Of a stretch of 13,614 nt of DNA, positions 1 through 10,942 are shown piece after piece. Location: contig NW_021826055.1 in NCBI RefSeq assembly GCF_006345805.1, forward strand, positions 1 through 13,614, in the 5' to 3' direction. The DNA is from Octopus sinensis. Lineage: Eukaryota. Within the stretch, counting starts at the first letter, position 1, and every line of letters starts with the position of its first letter. A model generated the notes under the pieces. The model saw only the letters and a list, made by a program, of their open reading frames with translations. It was not told the origin of the DNA and did no database searches. Position numbers and translations under genes: made by a program.

Positions 1-335
1 TCACCAATACAACTACCGCCACCACCAAAACAATCACCACTAGTACAACTACTACTACATATACAATAACTACTAATACTACAGCAACGACAACAACTAC
101 TACTACTGCTACTACTACTACTACCAGCACCACTATCACCCGTACCACAACCACCGCTGCCACCTCCGCCACCAACATTAACAACAACAGCAACAACATA
201 TAACAGCAACAGTAACAACAACAACAACAACAACAATAACATCATCATCACCACCAACACGGAAACAATCACTAACGAGGACGACGACGACCACGACGAC
301 CACCACATCGACAGCAGTCACTACCACCAACACTG
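1..335. repeat. Degenerate trinucleotide low-complexity tract (ACT/ACC/AAC/ATC/GAC units)
   Basis: Short runs such as (ACT)n, (AAC)n, (ATC)n and (GAC)n alternate across the interval; degenerate AAC units continue to about 540. Confidence 0.9.
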
Positions 336-544
336 TTACCGTTGCTTTCTGTAGCCCTCCACCTCCTCACCACTAAGGGTTCGGTCGCAGCTGACCCCTA
401 CAACTAAAAAGACATAACAACAGATATCAGGGTCGTAACAACGATCGCAACGAGAATTATGGAAAACAACAACGTCCACGTGACAACCATGGCATCCATT
501 AACTACAACAGTAACCATAACAACAACAACAAGAATAGCATCAA

Positions 545-596
545 TATATACATATGTTTGTATGTATGTAGGTGTGTATGTGTGTGTGTGCATAAG

Positions 597-629
<33 letters not shown>

Positions 630-1272
630 TGTGTTGTGTGTGTAAGGGTAGCAAAATTAATAACGAAATGCCCTCTGCCTTCTCCTCTGGTTCTGAAGAG
701 GAAAAGAAAATGGATGCCAAAGAGTTTGTTCAGTGCAGTGTCTCACACACGAACATAGTATGTATATATATATATATATTTAATATTTATATATATTATA
801 ATATATATATAATATATAATACATATATATATACACACAAATACACACACCACACCACACACCACACAACACACACATATTAGGTATATATATATATGTG
901 TATACATAAATACATCTCTCTCTATCTCTATCTATATATTTATATTATAATAATACTATATATGCAGATATATACATATGTATATACATATATATACACA
1001 CACATATATGTATATAATTATATGTTTATATATATATAAATATATACATATATACATAATTCTATATATGCACGATTATACATATATGATTATATATATG
1101 TATATATATGTAATTATATATATATGATCATGTATAAATATGTACGTATTTATATATATATATCCTTTACAAAACCCGTTATATGAATATATATAAATAT
1201 ATTTCCATATTATATATATGTATATGAGTATATATATATGTATGTTATATATATCTATATATATAATTATAT

Positions 1273-1319
<47 letters not shown>

Positions 1320-1652
1320 ACACTCTATTCTCATAAGTATATGTGTACCCATAGTACATACATATAGTTATATTTATATATATATATATAATCACTCTCT
1401 CCCTATTGTAATAATTTTATCTATATACACACGCACCACAAACACACACGCGCAGGCACACGCACCGCACACATACAGGCGTTACGTATGTACTTGTGCA
1501 TCTCCATATGTACTTATATAGATATTTACACACCTACATAATATATTATATTATATTATATATATGTAAATGTATTATATATATATATATGTATATATAT
1601 ATATAAATTTATAAATTTATAAATATAAATATAATATATATATAATATATAT

Positions 1653-1722
<70 letters not shown>

Positions 1723-2031
1723 GTTTTTATGGCGATAGACGGTGTATTTTGTTCATCTAAACGAAATATTTGTGTAACATTAGAAATAGAGGGTGAATAT
1801 ACGAAAATAGTTCTATATGAAATATATCTCATGTGTGTCTGTGTGTCTACGTATTTGTGGTTCGGAGTGTTTTAAAGCGTCTGTATAGTTTCCTGTATAT
1901 CATTATAGATATAGATGTATTTCTATGTGTGTGTATATATACATAATATATTTAAAAGCAACACAATATAATATATATATACATATATATATATTTTTTG
2001 TTATTCATGCATAAATATATATATATATATA

Positions 2032-2062
<31 letters not shown>

Positions 2063-2266
2063 CTATATGATATATATGTATATATATATACGCACACGCA
2101 CACACACAATACCACACACACACACACACACATATTATATGCATACATATGTTTTATGATGCGTGTGTGTAGCACACACGCATATATATTTCTATGTATG
2201 CACGTATTGGATGTATATGTATCTATGTATTTGCCCTCGTGTATAGATAATAATAATAATAATATA

Positions 2267-2298
<32 letters not shown>

Positions 2299-2467
2299 AA
2301 TAATAATAATAATATAATAATGATAATAATAATACATATGTGTGTATTGGAAACATTCTTCCAATGAACCCCGGAGGACAATACCAGAGTTGATAATGGA
2401 TATTTGGATATTTTTTCAATAATATCCGTCATAGAGTATGTGTGTGTGTGTGTGTGCATGTGTGTGC

Positions 2468-2498
<31 letters not shown>

Positions 2499-2644
2499 CA
2501 TATATATACATATATATATATACACGTGTGCTAGCACTCACACACAACACACACATATATGTATATACATATATCAGCATAAATATATGTACGTTTATAT
2601 ATACATAAATATACGAGTAGAAATGTATATATATGTACGCCTCC

Positions 2645-2676
<32 letters not shown>

Positions 2677-2704
2677 GTCTATATACACCCACACACACAC
2701 ACAA

Positions 2705-2748
<44 letters not shown>

Positions 2749-3086
2749 CTATAAAATATATATATATATATATGTATATATATGATTTATTTTATATGTT
2801 ATATATTATGTATGTATATATATATATATATAGATGTATATATATACATATATGCTTTCTATATATATTTGTGTTTATATATATATGGGTGTGTATGTGT
2901 ATTCACTTGTCTATTGTGTACGGTGGATTTGTTTGTGTGTATATGTTGTGTGCGTGTATGCTTGCGGGTGTGTGTGTACACATACACTAACATATATATT
3001 GGCACACACACACACACACAATCTCTCTCCCTCTCTTCCCCCTCTCTCTCCTCTCTTTCTCTCTCTTTATACATATATATTATATA

Positions 3087-3120
<34 letters not shown>

Positions 3121-3203
3121 ATATTTATATAATTTTATATATATATATATATTTATATATATATTAATATATAATATATATATATAATATATAATATTAT
3201 ATT

Positions 3204-3257
<54 letters not shown>

Positions 3258-3320
3258 TATATATATAATATATATATATATAAATATATATATATATATC
3301 CTATATATATACATATGTAT
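545..3320. repeat. Large compound microsatellite region: (TA)n with (CA/TG)n, (CT)n and (AAT)n blocks, interrupted by short unique islands
   Basis: Near-perfect (TA)n runs at about 1277-1311, 1659-1720 and 3208-3250. (AAT)n at about 2248-2332, (CT)n at about 2640-2678 and 3022-3068. Unique islands at about 640-740, 1720-1900 and 2345-2430. Confidence 0.95.
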
Positions 3321-3395
3321 TTCTATTTTTCTAAGAATAACTTTACATCTCAGTGACGAAAACTTTTCTATTAAATCATGAATAAATAAATATGC

Positions 3396-3490
3396 ATCAC
3401 CCCCTCATCTTCCTCCTCCTCCACATCCCCCTCCTCCTCTTCTTTCCGCCTCTACGCGTCTCCCTCCCTCTTTCACTCCCTCCCACCTCT
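3396..3490 (+). repeat. Polypyrimidine (CCT/CT) tract
   Basis: cccctcatcttcctcctcctccacatccccctcctcctcttctttcc...; almost no purines on the + strand. Confidence 0.85.
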
Positions 3491-3857
3491 TCGAATGCGA
3501 GCTTTGCACAAAGAAATGAATTTATATAATAGACTCTGAAGTAATTTTTTTTTTTTAACCATTCCGTGATTTTGGCGAAATCAAGGCGTATGGACCTTTA
3601 TAGGGCTTCCGAGACTGAGCCGGGAAACGGAAGGAAGGGAGGTAGCAGGCTGAAGCCAGAACTTTTGTCTAAATGATTGCATGAGCTGAGACTCGAGCAA
3701 AGACTCCCTAAGCGCCGTGGAGTGATGTTAAAGCGGAGTTGTAATCCGTGTAGGCCATGGCGGGGTTGCCTTTAAGAACGCAGTGACCGGAGACATAAAT
3801 AGCACAAAGGATTTGATCCAACGTTCGTAGTTTCGCCAGTTCTCCTCTCTGGATTTG

Positions 3858-3913
3858 TTATTTTCGTATCGACTTTGAAAGGTCGAATGACAAAGGTAAC
3901 TGTCACAGGATTT
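3858..3913 (-). mobile_element. Old internal fragment of the tRNA-derived SINE family whose best copy is at 10943
   Basis: Reverse complement aaatcctgtgacagttacctttgtcattcgacctttcaaagtcgatac aligns by eye, ungapped, to aaattccgcagaggttgactttgcctttcatcctttcggggtcgataa (11021-11068). Confidence 0.55.
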
Positions 3914-4054
3914 AGGCAGAGATAGATAGGTAGATAGGTCCGCCCTCTACAAAAAAACCCAAAACATTGTTAAGCTCTATTGTTAACAAAGTTTGATTTT
4001 TATGGCTTTCTAGTCGTGACCATCAATTGTGTTTATTTTCTTGGCATACTCAAT

Positions 4055-4250
4055 CTAAGACTGGCATTATGCACTCTGTTGCACACTGATGAGAACGCAA
4101 GTCTGGTGGGCAACTCACTTTGTCCGAATGCTTGACATAAGACATTCCGAGAGACTGTTTTACAGCAAAATGGCGGAAAGCAAAAGCACGCAAAGTCGGC
4201 AGGAAAAGCGCTTCAAGGATACACCCAAAGCCTCACTGAAAACCTTTGTC
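4055..4250 (+). mobile_element. RTE-clade non-LTR retrotransposon (LINE), degenerate fragment of the ORF C-terminal region
   Basis: Frame of ORF 4089 reads [55 protein letters not shown] (to 4247). This matches the RTE post-RT signature recalled as LMKxQLRWAGHVxRMxDxRxPKxLFYGELxxGKRxxGGQKKRFKDTLKASLKxF. The rest of the ORF is read-through into the SINE. Confidence 0.85.
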
Positions 4251-4258
4251 GAGATAGT

Positions 4259-4447
4259 GGAGGCACATGGCCTAGTGGTAAGAGCAGCGGACTCGCGGTC
4301 GAGGGATCGCGGGTTCGAATCTCAGACAGGGCGATGTGTGTGTTTATGAGCGAAACACCTAAGCTCCACGCGGCTCCGGCAGAAGGTAATGGCGAACTTC
4401 TGCTGACTCTTTCGCCACGACTTTCTCTCACTCTTTCCTCCTGCATC
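4259..4447 (+). mobile_element. tRNA-derived SINE, 5' part (resembles octopus OR-type SINEs); 3' half missing
   Basis: Pol III A box TGGCCTAGTGG (4268-4278) and B box GGTTCGAATC (4312-4321) at tRNA-like spacing, followed by non-tRNA body gagcgaaacacctaagctccacgcggctccggcag. No acceptor-stem closure. The family name is from memory, not from alignment. Confidence 0.85.
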
Positions 4448-4469
4448 AGAAACACATCCTGCACAGGGA

Positions 4470-4581
4470 CACATACAGCTACGCACATACATACACTGAC
4501 ATACAAACACATTCCCTCACACACACACACGCAAACAGACACACACACACGAGCACACGTACACACTGGAGCGCCATTACA

Positions 4582-4617
<36 letters not shown>

Positions 4618-5020
4618 TGCACGAACGTACGTACATACACGAACGCACACACACATACTCACAAACACACACACTCTCAAAGCGACGGACAGATATCCAA
4701 ATGTGCGATATGTATGTATTTGTGTGAGCGTTTATATGTGCGTGTGTATGTGTGTGTACGTGCGTGTGAGCGCATGTGTATGTGTGTGTGTATGTGTGCG
4801 TATATGTGTGTGCATGTGTGTGTATGTACATGCGTGTATGTGTATGTACATGCGTGTGTGTGTATGTGCCTCGCGTTCCGGATTTCACCGTCAATAGGTA
4901 AAACTGAAGTATCTTATCAGAAGACGCATAAACGTATATGTACACAGGCATAGACACACACACACAGACACACATACCCACGCATACACACACATAAATA
5001 CATACACAAATACATACTTT
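4470..5020. repeat. Compound (CA)n / (TG)n / (CA)n microsatellite
   Basis: CA-rich about 4470-4678, TG-rich about 4705-4868, CA-rich about 4935-5015. Confidence 0.95.
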
Positions 5021-5539
5021 CATTCACATGAATTCTCTACAGAAATTCGCCATTTACTACAACAACAATAACAACAACCATTGGTCTTTACATTTTCAAC
5101 ATTTCTCAACCATTCTCCATCTTTGAATTCCCCAACCACTACGCCGCCAATACTTCCCCACGACGCTGCCGCCCCACGATCTTATCCGAAATATCATCTA
5201 GCCTTAGGTTAGAAAACAAAGGCAGTCTTGGAAACTTCTCCAAAAGAACCCAAACCTCCGCCCACACCAGTTTCTACCGCCAAAGAATTCTCAAAAAAGA
5301 TCCTAACCGCCAGAAAATAGAGACATCCCAAGTAGATGACCTCTCCAGACCGGACCAACCCCTCTCAAACTGCCCCAAACCGTTTAAGATTTCTATGGAG
5401 GTTTCTCGTCCACCAGCTTTGTTATTGTTTGAGAAACTTGGCACCGACTCTCAGTGGTTACAAATGCATCTGACAGACTGGACCCCGTTCTGCGAATATT
5501 AGCTTTTGTCTATAAAATTTGAAAAGATTCATCTCTTCA

Positions 5540-6015
5540 TGCACGTGTGCGTGTGTATGTGTATGTGTGTGCATGCGTGTGTGTTATTTTTGTGTGTGTG
5601 TGCGCACACACAAAGAAAGAAATATACTTATATTCGTACAGACTTCGAGGGCGCATACACACACACACAAACACACATACACGGAGACACACACATATGC
5701 ACACACGCACGCACACATACACACACATATGCATAATAAAACTTTGAGCTCTGTACTTTACAATTAAGTTTTCGTCTTATACACCCTATATATATCTATT
5801 CTAACAATGTCTTCATTATTTCTCTCTTTCCATCTTCCTTTCTCACAGTCTGCGTACAAACACACACACACACACACACGCACACACACACATATTTATA
5901 TGTATATGTATGTATGCATCAATGTATGTATATATGTATACTGTCTTTATTCGACTGTCCCGACACTGGTGCTTTATTTGGTACTCATTTTATACACATA
6001 CACACTCATACATTC
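5540..6015. repeat. Compound TG/CA/TA microsatellite blocks
   Basis: TG block about 5543-5602, CA blocks about 5655-5732 and 5857-5892, TA/TG about 5893-5940. Confidence 0.9.
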
Positions 6016-6149
6016 ACATATTATAATAATGACTTTTAAAATATTTTAATTCGGAGTTTTGACGCTAAATCCGTTTCGAGAAACAGCTTTTTCGCCGGAA
6101 CTTCCAAGCAAATAATCTCTGTTAATATCAAATATTATTTCGACACTAC

Positions 6150-7040
6150 GCGTGCATGTGAGTCCTTCATTTAGTTCTTGTTTAGTATATTAATTTCAGA
6201 AGCCTATTAAACAAGCATACAGCTCTGAAGTAGCTAACTTCTTGGATGTGTATAATCTAGCTTATATTACATTTACCAGAAACCTTCCTACACTATATGA
6301 ACGTCCAATCTAATCATCCTGAATCCATTTTAACTAGCATTATTAAATGCATTTCCATTAGGATCTCTTACATCTCCACTATCGAACACATTTTTAACAA
6401 CTATTTATGACAATAGTACAGAGGTTTGTAATACGAGCAATCTTACGCTCGGTAAGAATGCCATTAATACCAACTACCATAACTTTAGAACCTGTATGAG
6501 TCATACAAATGATTAAAATTTCTATTATCCTAACTATTCTGTCTCCATTGTAATAAAAATGACAGCAGACCTTTGATTCTAACCACAGTACTAATAATCC
6601 TGCTAAATTTTACTGACCCTGATGTGGCTAAAATTGCACAACCCATACTCCACAAAGGATACATTTCAGGGTTCCTAGTAGCTGTCATTTGAGAAGCAAT
6701 TGCTTACGCTATAATGTTGTTTATAGATGTACCGTTACCATCACACGAACTCACTCCATCAGAATTTACATTGATGGTACGACAGACTTTAAGTGTCGTC
6801 ATCTTACACATCTAAGCGCTTTCTCAATTATCGTTAGACAATTTACGTTCCATACAATCCGTACTCACCAAGGCATCCTCTATAACCATTCCATAGCTAT
6901 TGATAGAATTTCGCACACGTGAAGCACACGAACTTGTAAATTGTGTTGCCGTGGATCACTATATTACTTCAGAATGAGGCCTTCCTACTTAATAACTTCT
7001 CTGACGTAATTACCATATTCAGAAACAAGTTCTACAACAC
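6150..7040 (+). mobile_element. Penelope-like element relic A: RT thumb region plus GIY-YIG endonuclease, many frameshifts and stops
   Basis: Motifs appear in the expected order across changing frames: NFLDV (6236-6250), YQKP (6274-6285), LHYMNVQSNHPESILTSIIKCISIRISYISTIEHIFN (6288-6398), CHLRSNCLRYNVVYRCTVT...RIYIDGTTDFKCRHLTHLSAF (from 6683), TRTCKLC (6926-6946), LLNNFSDVITIFRNKF (6985-7032). Recalled PLE consensus: FLDV..YRKP..YIN..SNHP..; CPLxGxC..VVY..YIGxT..FKxR..H..F; CxLC; LLNxRSExISxCRHxNKF. Confidence 0.85.
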
Positions 7041-7509
7041 GTTCTCTCATAAACGTAAATCTTTATGTTCTAACTGTAAGATCAAAACCTTCCTCCGTAA
7101 TGTCTCTACTCCCGTACCGTTAACTATCAACAGTTAGGATCTTCTTATCTTTCCTTCACCAGCGCACTGTACATGCCCTGCTCTCACACTCCCACTGTAC
7201 TAATCTGTCATCTCGTGCGATCGACTCATTGTTGGCGTTTCCTAACTTTTTTCCTTTGGTTTCTTATTATCTTTTCTTGTCTCTGCATCTAACCTTAACG
7301 TACAAACCTGGCACACTCTTCTAACTGCTTGCTACTGCCCAGAATCTTCCACCGATAATCCATTCCACGCTAAACACTGACCTCTATTTGCTCTTGTTGA
7401 AGAGCTGTTGCTATTAATAGAAGTGGCTAACAAAGTACTTTACAAAATATTGAAATGTTTTTCAATAGAGACTGAAATTAGATACCGCAATTAAATGACC
7501 AATAAAAGC

Positions 7510-7718
7510 TAAAGCTAATACGACGCATCATTAAAGCATCGAAATAAATGTCATGCGATATTTGTTCCACCTCCGTACACTAAGTGTTGAAGTCCCACCG
7601 AGATTGACTTCGCTCCGACATCGATAAAATAAAATGTCAGATACTTGGGGCGATTGTCTCGATTAATTTCGACCCTCTAAACTTGCTGGATTTATACTGA
7701 GTTAGAAAAGAAATTATA
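7510..7718 (+). mobile_element. Old, near full-length degenerate copy of the 10943-type SINE
   Basis: Colinear by eye with the 10943 copy: aaatgtcatgcgatattt vs aaatacgtagtcgtattt; gaagtcccaccgagattgacttcgc vs caaattccgcagaggttgactttgc; tcgataaaataaa; ttggggcgattgtctcgatt vs ctggggtcgacgtaatcgaatt; ends in aaagaaatta vs aaagaaata. Confidence 0.7.
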
Positions 7719-7769
7719 CAGCGACATATCTATTAGACTCTTAAATATCAACATTATATCAATTATTCA

Positions 7770-8720
7770 AGAAAGAATATTCGATTGATTATGAAAACTG
7801 CTAGCGAAGGTAAAACCATAACATCTCTATTTAAAAGCAGAAAGGAACATCTTGAGTTAAACGCAGGGCCTATATAACACAAAAAGATCATAAAGAAAAT
7901 TTCACCATTACTTCAAGTTCAAACTTAACCTCGTGAAAAAAGCAAATTCGGGATAATACGTAAAAACATACTAGATGATTAAGAAACGGTGAAACGAAAT
8001 TGGAATAATGTCAGAACACTAAGCTAACTGGTTTAGTAATATGAAAGACTGAATTAAATCTAAATTCATCCTATTAGCCAAGTTTCAACTATTTTGAAAA
8101 TACTGCCTTTCAAGGCTCTGGATTTGGAAAATGCATTGCATCAAAAATGGCTGTTATCTGATCCAGTGCCATATATTCCAGAAGATTGCTTTTAATAATA
8201 ATGTTGCATAGGTGAAAGGAACTAACAGTTCTTTTTGATGTCAGTATGGCGTCGCATGACGGCGAAGTAATCGAAAATGCACATGTTGATAGGAAAGACA
8301 ATCATTGATAATATAACAAGGTCCTTTAAAATCGACGAGTTTTTTCCCCTTGATAGTAAATGTAGTACGAAAGCGATTGTATATGAAGCAGATATGAACT
8401 CTTAACATAAAGTTTTGACTCTTGCATTATCCTTAGATATAAATGAGGGACCATTTTAAGGACGTTACGTGAATCATAACTCCAACATTAAATATGCAAG
8501 TGGCTCGATACAGCTTTATTACACTATGCATAGCGATTAAAAAAATATACAAACTTGTTTTAAATAAAATGAACCATTTTAAGCCACAACAAAGGGAGGA
8601 AAAGTGTTTGTGCAGGTCCTTGCAAGGAGGAGAAATATCGAATTTTAATAACAACAACTGACATGTTTGACTGAAGGGCCGAGTTAATCATTAAGTGTAA
8701 TCATGAGAAGAAATATCATC
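7770..8720 (+). mobile_element. Penelope-like element relic B: RT N-terminal and core motifs fused by an internal deletion to GIY-YIG endonuclease
   Basis: KTASEGKTITSLF (from 7794), AYITQKDHKENF (7868-7903), GIIRKNILDD (7950-7979), NWFSNMKD (from 8026), FDVSMASHDGEVI (8234-8272; consensus FDVTMGSYDGAE), degenerate DD region about 8334-8339, PLDSKCSTKAIVYEA (from 8346), EGPF*GRYVNH (8445-8477), CAGPCKEEKYRIL (from 8609), RAELIIKCNHEKKY (8675-8716). Confidence 0.9.
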
Positions 8721-9069
8721 CCAACAATCAAAATAGAAAACTCATACCGAAATTAAGAGCAAGATATATTTAGCCGTGCAACGGAATGCAATAAACTAAC
8801 ATAAAGTATAAAGCCAACAGGAATACCGCAAAGATAGGTAATTGCCTTTCAAATGTACGATGCAACAGTAACAGAGTTCTTACTCTCGAAGCAATGCCCT
8901 TCAGACGATTGCATTATTGCTTGTTACTCCCAGTAGCAACATGTAAAATGACTTGAACTAACACACGAAAGGCACAGGCTCTGTGTAAGACACTGAGTTC
9001 TCCTTACTCTGTCCATAATGCTATTTTGTAAGAAACATATATTTGCAAATATAACCTCGTGACTATCTC

Positions 9070-9210
9070 AGTCTGTCTGTCTGTCTGTTCTTTATATAAT
9101 GCACACATACACACATACATATATGTATATATGAATGTATGCTGCTGTATGTATGCGTGTTCGCGTGTATGAGCGTATGTATCTATTTATTTATACATGA
9201 ATGCATATGC

Positions 9211-9248
<38 letters not shown>

Positions 9249-9600
9249 TATATATGAACATACAAACACACACACATATATATGTGTGTAGATATATACG
9301 CACACATGTATGTATACGTATATTATATTTCCAACTTTTATTTTCGTGTTTTAAGACTTATGCATTCATGTATACATACATACATACATACACACACACA
9401 TACGTACACACACACACGCACACATACACACATGTATATATATATATATATATATTAATACACCAATATAGTACAAATGTACACATATGCACATACATAC
9501 ATACATATATACATATAGCTATATATACACAGACACACATCTACACACACACACAACCACACACAACCACACACACACACGCATATATGTACATAACTAC
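9070..9600. repeat. Compound TCTG/TA/CA microsatellite region
   Basis: (TCTG)n about 9071-9088, (TA)n about 9214-9254, CATA/CA runs about 9372-9580. Confidence 0.9.
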
Positions 9601-9729
9601 TAATTCGTCTTCCTGTAGTGATATTGTCATATACACATTTCTACTATTGAATATCAAATTGTATTTGCGTAATGAGTTAAATTTCAATGGCTGATAAAAA
9701 AAAATATTCTGATTTGTTCAATGCCATAT

Positions 9730-10022
9730 TTCTCCCCCTCCCCCTCTCCCCCACTTCCTTCTCTCTCCTTCCGCTTCTTTGTTTAGTTCTCCGTTTCGAT
9801 CCCTTTCTTTCTCATCTTCATTTCCTCAGCCTCTCTTATTTTTAGTTTTTCTCTTAGCCTCTCATTTACCATTTCTCTCTATCTGCTTACCATTTTCTCT
9901 TTCCTCTTTTTCTCGCTTTTTTCCTTTCTTCTAAAATATTCCATTAGTGAAGACATCTTCAATATTTTTTTTTCATAATATTTCTTTTTTATATATAAAT
10001 ATTTTCCTTATACTTTTGTTCT
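9730..10022 (+). repeat. Long polypyrimidine-rich (CT/TTC) tract
   Basis: About 200 nt (9730-9930) strongly depleted of purines on the + strand, followed by T-rich sequence. Confidence 0.85.
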
Positions 10023-10025
10023 CCT

Positions 10026-10437
10026 TTGCACACACGCACACACACATACACACACACAAACGAACGCACGCATAAATACACACACACACACACACACCTG
10101 CACACAGGTACACACAACCTAGATGTGAGGATACATAGGCTTACTTTCTGCGTTTATGAAATTTCCCCTTGTCTGTTATCGGATTTTACATGTGTATACA
10201 TACATACATACACACACGCAGGCACATATATACCTGTATATGTGTGTACATATATATATATACACATATACATATACATGTATATATACATATATAAATG
10301 TATATATGTAGATATACATACAGACGTACATATATATATATATATATGTACATATATGTATATATATATATATGTGTGTGTGTGTGTATATATATATATA
10401 TGTAATTATATATTTGTATATACATATGTATATATAC

Positions 10438-10496
<59 letters not shown>

Positions 10497-10520
10497 CGTG
10501 TACACGCTCATACACGCATA
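10026..10520. repeat. Compound CA/TA microsatellite
   Basis: (CA)n about 10028-10100; TA/TG mix 10190-10440; near-perfect (TA)n about 10446-10492. Confidence 0.95.
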
Positions 10521-10599
10521 TTCATTATGGAAAGCAATATTGGAAATATCTGGCGATTGGCACCTCTCAATCTCAATCCAATTCCTTTTCCGTTAGATC

Positions 10600-10705
10600 C
10601 GAGCAGCAACAACAATAACAACAACAACAGCAACAACGACGACGACAACAATGATAATGGCAGTAGCAGCAGTAGCAGCAGCAGCAACAACGGCGACAAC
10701 ATCGT
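10600..10705. repeat. Compound (AAC)n/(GAC)n/(AGC)n trinucleotide tract
   Basis: agcagcaacaacaataacaacaacaacagcaacaacgacgacgac...agtagcagcagtagcagcagcagcaac. Confidence 0.9.
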
Positions 10706-10824
10706 CAACTGGAATCCTGTCTTGAACAGCAAGAATCTTCTGTCGTTTTCTTTCTGATACAAAGAAATATTTTTGTTAAGAATGTGCAGCAAATAAATTC
10801 AAAACGACGTATTTGGTGACGTAA

Positions 10825-10835
10825 TACTACTACTG

Positions 10836-10925
<90 letters not shown>

Positions 10926-10939
10926 ATACTACTACTACT
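10825..10939. repeat. (TAC)n microsatellite, about 38 units with two interruptions
   Basis: Direct reading; interruptions tgc (about 10834) and taa (about 10924). Confidence 0.95.
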
Positions 10940-10942
10940 GAA

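Noticed and set aside
640-740. Short unique island (MPSAFSSGSEEEKKMDAKEF) with a strong minus-strand acceptor-like tract at about 693-713
   Set aside because: No matching donor site or recognisable protein; cannot support an exon.
336-3187. Numerous ORF-track entries rich in Y/I, H/T, C/V or poly-N/I/L (also 4213-5023, 5506-6049, 9197-11088, 11397-11847, 12810-13093)
   Set aside because: They are translations of di- and trinucleotide microsatellites that lack stop codons in some frames; overlapping ORFs on both strands and no domain content.
3560-3625. Minus-strand peptide PYKGPY resembling a Gypsy integrase C-terminal motif
   Set aside because: Six-residue match only; flanking residues do not fit.
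4259-4330. Possible tRNA gene
   Set aside because: A and B boxes are present, but the anticodon and acceptor stems do not pair properly and the sequence continues into a SINE body.
5945-5992. ttggtactcattttat, reverse complement of a SINE-like ataaaatgagtacca
   Set aside because: Too short to call as a feature on its own.
8110-8657. Minus-strand ORFs 8110-8301 and 8433-8657
   Set aside because: They are antisense shadows of the plus-strand Penelope relic, whose motifs explain the region.
9785-9832. Minus-strand CTGAGGA...GAAAC spacing
   Set aside because: No helix II or III and no UH cleavage site; falls in a low-complexity pyrimidine tract.
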